From contig CAYHBD010000028.1 of NCBI GenBank assembly GCA_964354805.1, forward strand, positions 3,186-67,185: a stretch of DNA of 64,000 nt. Direction: 5' to 3'. The notes under the pieces were generated by a model, which was given only the letters and a program-made list of their open reading frames with translations, had not been told where the DNA came from and searched no databases. This document shows, in pieces, positions 17,105-25,398 of this stretch (the stretch's first letter is position 1; every line of letters begins with the position of its first letter). The stretch is from an uncultured archaeon (lineage in GTDB: Archaea > Iainarchaeota > Iainarchaeia > Iainarchaeales > GCA-2688035). The position numbers and the translations under genes are program-made.

Positions 17105-18517
17105 TCATTCCACGGCCATATTAATATTTCCAAATTTTATGTTTCTGCCATCTATATTTGCTATTGCATTTTCTAGGGCTTTGATCTTGGCGGGGTGTTG
17201 TATATAAGGGTTTAACGAATTGAGTAATTTAATAAGGTAAAGTTTTTTGCCAATCTGTAAATTCCAATAATCGCCATTGTGAACATAGCCTTCGCGGGTT
17301 ACATATCCTTTTCTTTCTCCAAGACATAGCTTTCTGCATTTTATTCCAAATTTTATTAGAGTTTCGCGAATTCTTTTTAATAGCACTTTGTCATAGTTGC
17401 CCAAGGCATAAACCGCGTTTCCTCTGAATATACCAATATGGCCTTCCGCGTCTGTAAAACCAGCCAGAAAGGAGAAAAAAATATCTTCTTTTTTGAAAAC
17501 CCAATCAGGAGCAACTTTGCTTAACAAAAAGCGAAAACTAAGGGGGGGAGTTGCCCCAATATTTTTTGCCCCAATTTTATTCTTTTTTGATATCCAAACA
17601 TGCGCATATTTTTGGAACATGTTCTTAATCAGCACCAATTGTTCTTCTTTTGTTGAGCCGCATTCAACTGAAACCGATTCGCTTTTTTTGCCTCCTTTTC
17701 TAACTCTCAGGTCTCCCAACCTAAATCCAATCAAATAAGCTTTCTCAAGTAGGTCGCCATTGAAGTCTTTTCGCGGGTAAACAAAATGAGAGGCGGCTTG
17801 ACTCCGTGTTTTTATTCCATACTCTTTTAGCTTTCTGTGAACCGTGCTTCTTGAAAAGCCATACTGCTTTTCTATCTCCCAAGTGGAAAGCCTTTTTTTG
17901 GCATATAAGTGCAGCAGGGTTTGTTTGCTTGGAACATTTGAACTTGGGCTCCGCGGTTGCCTCGCCTTGATCTCAAACGGTTTAAGCCTTTTCCAGACAG
18001 TAGCCTGGCAACAGTTGTATTTCTCGGCTATTTCAAATGTCGTCAAGCCTTGTTTCGTGTAAAGTTCAACTAATTCCTTTTTGCTCATTTTTACAAAGCG
18101 GCAGTTTGAAGGCCTGACTTTTATTTTATACTCCCTAAGCCTGTTAAGAATTGTAGTCATTTTGCAGCCAAATACTTTGGCTATTTTGCTCGGCGCCAAT
18201 TTTCTCTTTTCGTATAATTCAACCAAGTCCTCTTTTGGGATTTTTATTTTCTTTTTCTTTACAAAAAGTTTCACTGCTTCAGAAGTTGTTCTGGGCTTAA
18301 TGCCGTAAAACTTCAGCCAGTAACAGATTGAACTATGGGTTCGGTCAAAAAGCTTGCCTATTTCTGAAGCAGGCAGTTTTTGCCTAACATATAACTCTTC
18401 CAGCTCTCCCTTAGAAATATCAACCTTCACTCTTCCACCAATAGAATTCTGTTTTTGCCTTTTAAAGCGGTTTTGGAAGAGTGGTGTTCCGCTGGTTGAA
18501 TAAAAAGAGTGATTCAT
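17105..18517 (-). CDS. free-standing LAGLIDADG-type endonuclease-like protein with four tandem N-terminal helix-turn-helix repeats
   Basis: Four ~45-aa repeats (..ELEELYVRQKLPASEIGKLF..WLKFYGIKPR; ..LVELYEKRKLAPSKIAKVF..; ..LVELYTKQGLTTFEIAEKY..; ..LLHLYAKKRLSTWEIEKQY..). These are followed by YLIGFRLGDLRV and FLAGFTDAEGHIG. Confidence 0.7.
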   Translation of the reverse strand: MNHSFYSTSGTPLFQNRFKRQKQNSIGGRVKVDISKGELEELYVRQKLPASEIGKLFDRTHSSICYWLKFYGIKPRTTSEAVKLFVKKKKIKIPKEDLVELYEKRKLAPSKIAKVFGCKMTTILNRLREYKIKVRPSNCRFVKMSKKELVELYTKQGLTTFEIAEKYNCCQATVWKRLKPFEIKARQPRSPSSNVPSKQTLLHLYAKKRLSTWEIEKQYGFSRSTVHRKLKEYGIKTRSQAASHFVYPRKDFNGDLLEKAYLIGFRLGDLRVRKGGKKSESVSVECGSTKEEQLVLIKNMFQKYAHVWISKKNKIGAKNIGATPPLSFRFLLSKVAPDWVFKKEDIFFSFLAGFTDAEGHIGIFRGNAVYALGNYDKVLLKRIRETLIKFGIKCRKLCLGERKGYVTREGYVHNGDYWNLQIGKKLYLIKLLNSLNPYIQHPAKIKALENAIANIDGRNIKFGNINMAVE

Positions 18518-18657
18518 TCGGAATCACTCTCCAAGAACTCCCGCAAAATCCACATGTCTCTTCCATCCAGCTCTTCCGGAGCAAATTTCGCTATCTCTTT
18601 TACAACCCTTATTTCCTCCTCGCTTGGAAGAGGAAAATCAAACTTTTTGAAATCCAT
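18514..18657 (-). CDS. 47-aa acidic ORF translationally coupled to the LAGLIDADG gene
   Basis: GGAGGTGAT plus a 6-nt spacer plus ATG at 18657. Peptide MDFKKFDFPLPSEEEIRVVKEIAKFAPEELDGRDMWILREFLESDSE. Its TGA overlaps the downstream ATG (ATGA). Too short for the ORF track. Confidence 0.45.
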   Translation of the reverse strand: MDFKKFDFPLPSEEEIRVVKEIAKFAPEELDGRDMWILREFLESDSE

Positions 18658-18698
18658 AACCGAATCACCTCCAATTTAAAGAATTTTTTCGTGGACGT

Positions 18699-18783
18699 CT
18701 CTGCTGCTTTTGGAGGCATTAAACCTTTAGGCGAAGCCGGCCTGCCAAAAGGCAGGGAAAGGTTTAAGCCGAGAAAAGCAGAG
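18699..18783. other. ~85-nt multi-helix structured element (candidate ncRNA or protein-binding DNA)
   Basis: All Watson-Crick helices. CTGCTTTT/AAAAGCAG (8 bp), GGC/GCC, TTAAACCTTT/AAAGGTTTAA (10 bp). These enclose the mini-hairpin GGC-GAA-GCC and the hairpin CCTGCC-AAAA-GGCAGG. Confidence 0.5.
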
Positions 18784-18869
18784 TCCTAAGAAAAAATTCG
18801 ATTCAAAGGAGGTGATGAGGGGTTTACGAAAGTTAAGATTAAACGGTTTTTGGATAGAGAAGTAAGTTA

Positions 18870-19658
18870 ATGACCCAAAAACAGACTAAGAAGATAAAGA
18901 AGAAGCAAGATGAATTGTGTAGTTTACAGCGTGCTTGGATTGGGGTAAAACAGCTCGTAGGCAGCAAAAAAGCAAGAGAGCAATTGCAAAAAGCAATAAA
19001 CTTGATTTCACTTATACTTGTGGTTATCTTGTTTGGGCTGGTGGCACTTGCTATTTTAAATCAAAACCGACCTGTCGAAATTTATGATTTGCCAAAATTA
19101 GTGATTCTAAGTGCTGGTTATCAAGACCACCCTAGTTACAATTTTGATGGCAATTACCTTTTGTCTACAGGGGATTTAGAAAAACCCGTTCATGAATTCA
19201 TTGTTGCGGGGGACCGTTTAGTTGCAAAGAATATTAACCTAGATTTGGATGGCAATGTAAAGATAAGGGAAATTGTACTAACATTTTACCTTTTGCCTCC
19301 AGAATTTACTAAGTTAACATGCTACGGCTTGCCAGATGAAAATAATGGCATTAAGGGGGAATCACTTGGCTGGTACCCACTTGGAAAAAAAGAATTATTC
19401 AAAGGCGCTGACCGAATTATTGGAACCCCTGATAAAAAGGGAGTTTGGAAAATATTGACTTGCGTATCCTACAGGTTATACAATGAAACCACATATCAAA
19501 GCCCCTTGATGAAGGTGTATGTAACAGTTTTGGACAATTATGATTTAGCAACTTTACAGTACTCAAAGAAATCAGGAGAACAAAATTATTTTATTTTAAC
19601 AGTTGCTATTTTAACAGTTTTAATTAATTTGTTGAGTCAATTTGCCCTTAAAGATTAG
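18870..19658 (+). CDS. orphan membrane-anchored protein (N- and C-terminal TM helices), AT-rich gene
   Basis: 262-aa ATG ORF with TM segments LISLILVVILFGLVALAIL and FILTVAILTVLINLL. Spot G+C count is 18/60 at 19261-19320. Confidence 0.55.
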   Translation: MTQKQTKKIKKKQDELCSLQRAWIGVKQLVGSKKAREQLQKAINLISLILVVILFGLVALAILNQNRPVEIYDLPKLVILSAGYQDHPSYNFDGNYLLSTGDLEKPVHEFIVAGDRLVAKNINLDLDGNVKIREIVLTFYLLPPEFTKLTCYGLPDENNGIKGESLGWYPLGKKELFKGADRIIGTPDKKGVWKILTCVSYRLYNETTYQSPLMKVYVTVLDNYDLATLQYSKKSGEQNYFILTVAILTVLINLLSQFALKD

Positions 19659-20135
19659 AGTTTAGTGATAACTTTAGTAAAAGTATAAGGTTAAATGGCC
19701 TGGGATTTTAATGTATACGCTGGTTTATAATCCAAAGTGCCGCTGTTGCCGGCGGTTTGGTTTCAAAATTGATTACCTATAACAAATTGTTGCCATTATT
19801 AAATAAAAGAAAACAATAACAAGGGTTTAAACTCCCAACCCTGAATTTTAACTTCCAACACTAATTATTGGGGGCCGCATTGAATAATAACAATATTGGC
19901 ATTTCATTCGCGGCACCCAGTACAGGGGGAATTAAACAGCAGGGGAAGCGCTGCAGTAAGCAAAACCAGCGGAACAGCACTCTCTTTCACTGCTGTTTAA
20001 AACCAAGGAAAAACAGTTATTAATTAAGGAAAGGCAATTTGCCATTGGCAGACAACAAAAAAAATAATTAAAAAAGCAAGCTATTGCTGCAGAAAGCAAA
20101 GAAAAAAATTAATTAAATTGAAGTAAGGTTTTTTT

Positions 20136-22253
20136 ATGCCGGCGGAACAGGCTGAACAGGCAACGATTGAAAGAAAAAGCAGCGAGAACCCTTTTGTTGA
20201 AAAATTCTCGGCTTTTTTTGCAGCGCAGTACAAGAAGGAAATTGAGCGCCTGGTTGAATCATACCCCGAAAAGAGAAGCCTGGAAGTTAACTTCGCTTTG
20301 CTGCAGCAATTCGATTACCAGCTTGCCGATGAATTGATTGAAAGCCCTGATTTTCTGCTTGAAGCAGCAGAACAAGCCTTGGAAAGGATTGACATTCCGG
20401 CGCTCGAAGTAAAGGAATTCAAGCCACATGTGCGCTTTAACAATCTGCCTAAAGACAGGGAGAAACTGATCAGGGACATTGGCTCGGCTGACCTGGGCAA
20501 AATAATTTCAGTTGAAGGAGTAGTAAGGCAGATAACCGATGTCCTGCCAAGGCTGCTGGTTGCAGCATGGAAATGCAGGCGCTGCGGAAATGTTTACAGG
20601 ATAGAGCAGCAAAGCCAGGAAATCAAGATGCCGGCTTTCTGCGAATGCAGGCACAGGGACTTCGAGCTTGTTACAGAGCAGTCAACATTCATTGATTCGC
20701 AGAAGATTCAAATCCAGGAGCCTTTGGAAAGGCTGAGGGGAAGCGAGCAGGCAGTCTATCTGGACACCCACGCCATAGACGATTTGGTGAACAAAATCAG
20801 TGTTGGAGACAAAACGCGCTTTGTCGGAGTTCTGAGGCTTAGGCCGGGAAAAGAGGGAAAAGTTGTTTACGGCAGATTCCTTTCGGTAATCCACCTGGAA
20901 GAAACTGAAAAAGAATTCGAGGAAGTGGAAGTAAGCCCTGAAGAGGAAAAAGAAATACAAAAACTTGCGCGAAACCCAAAGATTTACGAAATGCTGACGG
21001 CAAGCGTTGCGCCGGCAATCTACGGCCACGAGGTCGTAAAAGAATCCATAATCCTGCAATTGTTCGGCGGAGTCAAAAAGTACCTGCCAGGGGAGCAGAC
21101 AATCAGGGGCAATATCCACGTTTTGCTGGTCGGCGATCCTAGTACTGGTAAGTCACAGATGCTGCAGGCAGCAAACAACATTGCCCCAAAAAGCATTTAC
21201 ACCTCAGGAAAAACAACATCCGGCGTTGGCCTCACGGCCAGCGCAGTCAAGGACGATTTCGGGGAAGGGGGCTGGACACTGAAAGCGGGGGCGCTTGTTT
21301 TAAGCAGCGGCGGAGTATGCATGGCTGATGAGCTTGACAAAATGGATCCGGAGGACAGGTATGCACTGCACGAAGCAATGGAGCAGGGCATGATTTCAGT
21401 TGCAAAAGCAGGCATTGTAACAAGATTCAAGGCAGAAACCAGCATTCTTGCAGCAGCAAACCCAAAATTCAGCAGGTTCGACCAGTACACGCCGTTCATA
21501 GAACAGGTTAATTTGCCTCCAACACTTATTTCAAGATTCGATTTGTTCTTCATGATAAAGGATGTTCTGGACAGGACAAGGGATGAAGCGATTTCAGCGC
21601 ACATTCTGCAAATACACAAAAGCGGTGAAATTATTTCACAATACAAGAAAAAAGGAAAAACCCTGTCAAAAAAAGAACAGCAGGAAATCGAGGAAATTGC
21701 CGCGCCGGCAATCGGCCCTGACCTTTTAAGCAAATACCTTAGCTATGCAAGGCAGAACATTTTCCCTACTTTAACCGATGAAGCAATCGCTACAATAAGC
21801 GATTTCTATGTTAACCTGAGAGACCTTGGAAGAAAAGAAGGAAGCTATACCGCAACCCACCGGCAGCTTGAAGGATTGGTTAGATTAAGCGAGGCAAGCG
21901 CAAGGGTAAGGTTAAGCGATACAGCGGAAAAAGAGGACGCTGAAAGGGCAATCAGATTGGTCAAGGCAAGCTTAAACGATGTCGTAACCGACCCTGAAAC
22001 AGGCAAAATTGACTATGACATAATTGCAACAGGCGTAACGCACACGCAGATAACAAACATGAAAAAGATCCTTGGCATAGTGCAAAACAAGGCAAGAGAA
22101 ATGGATGCAGTTCCGGTTCAGGACGTTATTACAGAGGCTGAAGCAGAAGGAATAAGCAAAGACAAGGCCAGGGATTTAATTGCAAAGCTTGAAAAGAAAG
22201 GCGAACTGTACAGGCCAAGGCACGATTTGCTGAAGCCGACACAGAAAGAATAA
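20136..22253 (+). CDS. mcm: MCM replicative helicase
   Basis: Zinc motif CRRCGN..FCEC, Walker A GDPSTGKSQ, Walker B CMADELDKM, and SRFDL arginine-finger region. 705 aa. Confidence 0.95.
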   Translation: MPAEQAEQATIERKSSENPFVEKFSAFFAAQYKKEIERLVESYPEKRSLEVNFALLQQFDYQLADELIESPDFLLEAAEQALERIDIPALEVKEFKPHVRFNNLPKDREKLIRDIGSADLGKIISVEGVVRQITDVLPRLLVAAWKCRRCGNVYRIEQQSQEIKMPAFCECRHRDFELVTEQSTFIDSQKIQIQEPLERLRGSEQAVYLDTHAIDDLVNKISVGDKTRFVGVLRLRPGKEGKVVYGRFLSVIHLEETEKEFEEVEVSPEEEKEIQKLARNPKIYEMLTASVAPAIYGHEVVKESIILQLFGGVKKYLPGEQTIRGNIHVLLVGDPSTGKSQMLQAANNIAPKSIYTSGKTTSGVGLTASAVKDDFGEGGWTLKAGALVLSSGGVCMADELDKMDPEDRYALHEAMEQGMISVAKAGIVTRFKAETSILAAANPKFSRFDQYTPFIEQVNLPPTLISRFDLFFMIKDVLDRTRDEAISAHILQIHKSGEIISQYKKKGKTLSKKEQQEIEEIAAPAIGPDLLSKYLSYARQNIFPTLTDEAIATISDFYVNLRDLGRKEGSYTATHRQLEGLVRLSEASARVRLSDTAEKEDAERAIRLVKASLNDVVTDPETGKIDYDIIATGVTHTQITNMKKILGIVQNKAREMDAVPVQDVITEAEAEGISKDKARDLIAKLEKKGELYRPRHDLLKPTQKE

Positions 22254-22284
22254 ATTAATTAACCACATCGCTACTTCTTCTACC

Positions 22285-23109
22285 ATGCCGAAATTGTTTG
22301 TACAGCTGATTGCAATTTTTGCTTTAACCCAATTGCTTGGAATCGCGGTCGGCATAAATTGGATTGACGCGATTGCAACCGGCAAACAACCGCAGCCAAC
22401 TTTTGCAACAGAAAACCCCGATGACCCGATCAATGCAATCGCTTTGGTTTTATATATTTTGGTTTTCACCGCTTTCCTTTTGGTTTTCATGCACTTCTTC
22501 AAGGGCAGGCTTTTGTTCAAGGCACTTGAAACAATTGTTACATTCACTGCCTCATTTATTGTTTTCGAAGCATTCATCGGCGACTTTGGGCTAATTTTTT
22601 CCATTATCCTTGTCGCTTGGAGGCTTTTGAGGCCAAAGCACGTTTTGCTTAGAAATGCTGCTGCAATCCTTTCAATTGCCGGCGTAGGCGCACTGATTGG
22701 CGTTACTTTGGGCGTTATCCCTGTCGCAATCTTTTTGATTCTGCTCGGATGCTATGATTTCATTGCCGTTTTCAAAACAAAGCACATGGTAACGCTTGCA
22801 AAAGGGATTACAAAGCAAAACCTTGCATTCACTGTTGCAATGCCAACCCCAAAGCACCAATTCGAGCTTGGAACAGGAGACTTGGCCCTGCCACTTGTTT
22901 TTGCGGTAAGCACAATGAAAGCAAGCCAGGCAATCGGCTTTCCGTTATATCTCGTGCCTGCTGCAATGGTTCTAACAGCTTCGCTCATAGGGCTGTTGAT
23001 TACAATAAATTACTCAAGCAAGCACGTTGGAAAAGCACTGCCTGCTTTGCCGCTGCAAGCGGTGTTGATGTTGGGGGCTTTTGCATTGAGCAAAGCAATT
23101 GGATTCTAG
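22285..23109 (+). CDS. presenilin/signal-peptide-peptidase-like intramembrane aspartyl protease (A22 family)
   Basis: Polytopic protein with YD (LGCYDFIAVF), GxGD (LGTGDLALPL) and PAL (KALPALPLQ) motifs in the canonical order. Confidence 0.8.
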   Translation: MPKLFVQLIAIFALTQLLGIAVGINWIDAIATGKQPQPTFATENPDDPINAIALVLYILVFTAFLLVFMHFFKGRLLFKALETIVTFTASFIVFEAFIGDFGLIFSIILVAWRLLRPKHVLLRNAAAILSIAGVGALIGVTLGVIPVAIFLILLGCYDFIAVFKTKHMVTLAKGITKQNLAFTVAMPTPKHQFELGTGDLALPLVFAVSTMKASQAIGFPLYLVPAAMVLTASLIGLLITINYSSKHVGKALPALPLQAVLMLGAFALSKAIGF

Positions 23110-23185
23110 GGCAAAAAGCAGTTCAATTGCTATCAGCTCTGTTTTCGGCGTTAAGCAAGCAATTGGATTCTGAGGCAAAATCAGC
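23088..23185 (+). repeat. imperfect duplication (64-nt period) of the presenilin-like gene 3' end
   Basis: ..GCAATTGGATTCTAGGGCAAAA.. (stop TAG 23107-23109) recurs as ..GCAATTGGATTCTGAGGCAAAA.. at 23159-23180. Confidence 0.8.
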
Positions 23186-23194
23186 AATAAAAAA

Positions 23195-23449
23195 TCAGGC
23201 TGCAATTCTTTTTTTTTCTGCGATTGTTTTTGCTTTTTTCGCTCTTGCACCAACTTTTGGAAATGGTAAAATTCCCGCTTTTTTGGGGGCAGACTTTGCT
23301 TTTTTCGCTCTTGCGTATTGCGCTCTTAAAACCTCAAGCCGATGTAGCTGCTCTTTTGTCTCAGTTGATGGGGGAATAATCCCAAGCTTTACAGCCCACG
23401 GTGTGGCTGCCCCTTTGCCTCGCGACTTTTTTAGTTTAATGATTCGCAT
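23195..23449 (-). CDS. small basic protein (84 aa) with internal ARAKKAK repeat
   Basis: ATG ORF with TTTATA about 14 nt upstream, consistent with a leaderless promoter. Preferred over the overlapping plus-strand ORF 23127-23492, which has no start context. Confidence 0.4.
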   Translation of the reverse strand: MRIIKLKKSRGKGAATPWAVKLGIIPPSTETKEQLHRLEVLRAQYARAKKAKSAPKKAGILPFPKVGARAKKAKTIAEKKRIAA

Positions 23450-23501
23450 AATATCCGCCTTCTATAAATCTTGTATTTCTCCTTGTTTTTAAACCTTTTT
23501 G

Positions 23502-24029
23502 TCACAGCCCGAAAAACGCCTTAAGCCAGCCAATGCCGTAGAAGCCTGCCAAGGCAACCAGAACATATCTTGGAACCTTGCCAAGCAGCGCCCCAATAAA
23601 GAACTTCTTTGGGCTGTACTTTATGATGCCTGCCGCAATCCCCATCAAATCAAAAGGGAAAGGCGTGAATGCCCCGAAAACAATTATTGGAATGCCCTTG
23701 TTTGCAAGCTTTTCCCCGTACTCAAAGATTTGTTCAACCTGCTGCTTGCGCATTTTCCTAAGGGTTTCCACACCAAGCATTCCAACAATGTAGCCTGACA
23801 TTTCACCTATTGCCGAAGCAACGCCTGTCACAATTCCAATCAGCAGCACAGTAAAAACATCAGGCGCAATTGCCGCAAGCGCAAAAACAACTGGCTCCAC
23901 AAGTATCGGAAACAATATTGTGGCATTGGCAAGCAGCGCGAAGACGAATAGCACAACCATGCCAAAAGGCGATGCATAAATAAAGTCTGCAAATGCCTGC
24001 ACCCCGCCGAAAAAGGAAGCAATATCCAT
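23502..24029 (-). CDS. DedA / VTT-domain membrane protein
   Basis: 175 aa. FGAFTPFPFDLMGIAAGIIKYSPKKFFIGALLGKVPRY resembles the DedA family core. Confidence 0.65.
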   Translation of the reverse strand: MDIASFFGGVQAFADFIYASPFGMVVLFVFALLANATILFPILVEPVVFALAAIAPDVFTVLLIGIVTGVASAIGEMSGYIVGMLGVETLRKMRKQQVEQIFEYGEKLANKGIPIIVFGAFTPFPFDLMGIAAGIIKYSPKKFFIGALLGKVPRYVLVALAGFYGIGWLKAFFGL

Positions 24030-24115
24030 GAAGGTATTACGCCTCAGCTGCTTAATAATTTTTTGGTTTTGAAAAATTAAAAAAAAGGAAAAAAAAGAAA
24101 AAGGTGAAAAGGCGG

Positions 24116-24754
24116 TTAGCGTCTTTTCAAAAGCACTATTAGAACAACGAGCACTATTGCCGCAATCACTATTCCAATAATCAGCAAGGTGTTCATGTCC
24201 AATGCAAGCCCCGCTGTGCTGCTCTCAACAAAGGCGTCATCCGGCATATCCAGCAAGTCGAATTTCACTGAGCCGTCGTTCTGCAGTGTGCCGCCATTTT
24301 GGTTTGTCACTGTTCCAGGCAATTTCACAACGTAATCCAATACTACGCCCAGCGCTTTCATTTGCTGCATTTGCTCTTTGGTCTGCGGCATGCTCTGCCC
24401 TGCTGTTCCGGTTGAACTGAATCCCTCAAAGCCTTTTTTTACATCCAGCCTGTATTTGCCGTCCTGGGCGCTGAAACCGGCTTTGCCGCTTCTGTCAAAC
24501 TTTCCGGTAACAGTTGCAACTTTGTTTTCGTAAGTGCACTTAATATCTGTCAAAGGAGAGCTACCTGTAGTCATGTTTTCACAAGGATTTTGTTCAGCCA
24601 CGCCCGGCTGGGTTGGAAAAGCAGACATATCTATTTTCACTGTTACATCCGACATTCCGCTTTCGCTGATGACTTCATTAAATTGCATTTTTATGCAGCC
24701 ACTAAACAACACCAGCCCAAGCAAAAGGCCAGCCAACAGAAATTTTTTGTTCAA
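24116..24754 (-). CDS. secreted/lipobox-bearing protein with C-terminal TM anchor
   Basis: GGAGGTGAA then TTG at 24754, giving (M)NKKFLLAGLLLGLVLFSGC (lipobox-like). The C-terminus is LLIIGIVIAAIVLVVLIVLLKRR. Confidence 0.55.
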   Translation of the reverse strand: MNKKFLLAGLLLGLVLFSGCIKMQFNEVISESGMSDVTVKIDMSAFPTQPGVAEQNPCENMTTGSSPLTDIKCTYENKVATVTGKFDRSGKAGFSAQDGKYRLDVKKGFEGFSSTGTAGQSMPQTKEQMQQMKALGVVLDYVVKLPGTVTNQNGGTLQNDGSVKFDLLDMPDDAFVESSTAGLALDMNTLLIIGIVIAAIVLVVLIVLLKRR

Positions 24755-24880
24755 GGTGTTTTCACCTCCATCAGGCAACAGTAACACAAAAGAAGTATTT
24801 AAAGCTATGCAGAGTGCAGGGAAATTGTCTGAGTTTATCAATTTCAGCCGAGGATTGGATTAAAAGAATTTAAAAATTAA

Positions 24881-25309
24881 ATGCTATCTAAAGTTTGTCT
24901 TATGGAATACGAGAAAATGCTGGACAGGCTGTATGCAAGCCTGCCAGAGAAAACAAGGAAGCATGAAAGGTTCCAGATGCCTGTTGCAGAGAGCTTCCAG
25001 CAGGGAACCAAGACAATTGTTCGGAATTTTAGCCAGATAATCAAGGCAATTAACAGGGATGAAAAGCACGCATTCAAGTTTATGGCAAAAGAAACAGCGA
25101 CAAATGCGGCAATGGACGAAGGCGGCAAACTTGTATTAAACGGGAAATTCAGCAGCCAGCAGATAAACGACCTAGTTGCAAGCTACATTAACCAGTTTGT
25201 TTTATGCCCAGAATGCAAAAGGCCGGACACCGAGGTGGTTGAAAAACAGGGCGTCAGAATGCTGCACTGCGAGGCATGCGGCGCAATCAGGCCGGTAAAA
25301 GGATTGTAA
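24881..25309 (+). CDS. eif2b: translation initiation factor aIF2 beta subunit
   Basis: MLDRLYASLPEK and zinc ribbon CPECKRPDT..CEACGA. The start may be the internal ATG at 24902. Confidence 0.88.
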   Translation: MLSKVCLMEYEKMLDRLYASLPEKTRKHERFQMPVAESFQQGTKTIVRNFSQIIKAINRDEKHAFKFMAKETATNAAMDEGGKLVLNGKFSSQQINDLVASYINQFVLCPECKRPDTEVVEKQGVRMLHCEACGAIRPVKGL

Positions 25310-25377
25310 TTTTTGGGAAAATGCGGTGAAAAGAAAAAGAGGGCAATGAAAGGATTGTAATTTTTTGAATGCAAAGG
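25295..25377 (+). repeat. imperfect duplication (51-nt period) of the aIF2-beta 3' end, stop and T-tract
   Basis: AAAGGATTGTAATTTTT at 25298-25314 and again at 25349-25365. Confidence 0.8.
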
Positions 25378-25398
25378 AAAGAAAAAACATTAAAGTGA

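Noticed and set aside
18481-18789. 102-aa plus-strand ORF spanning the LAGLIDADG gene start and the structured element
   Set aside because: It overlaps the start of the 470-aa gene and the SD-led 47-aa ORF on the other strand. It runs through the multi-helix element and has no start context.
18815-18870. Possible C/D-box sRNA (GTGATGA at about 18822)
   Set aside because: No CTGA D box and no terminal stem within the expected 50-70 nt. The GTGATGA is part of a GGAGGTGATGA Shine-Dalgarno-like string.
23127-23492. 121-aa plus-strand ORF downstream of the presenilin-like gene
   Set aside because: It has no SD or TATA context and a hydrophobic, low-complexity translation. The opposite-strand 84-aa ORF has a TATA-like box at leaderless distance. 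Neither is certain.
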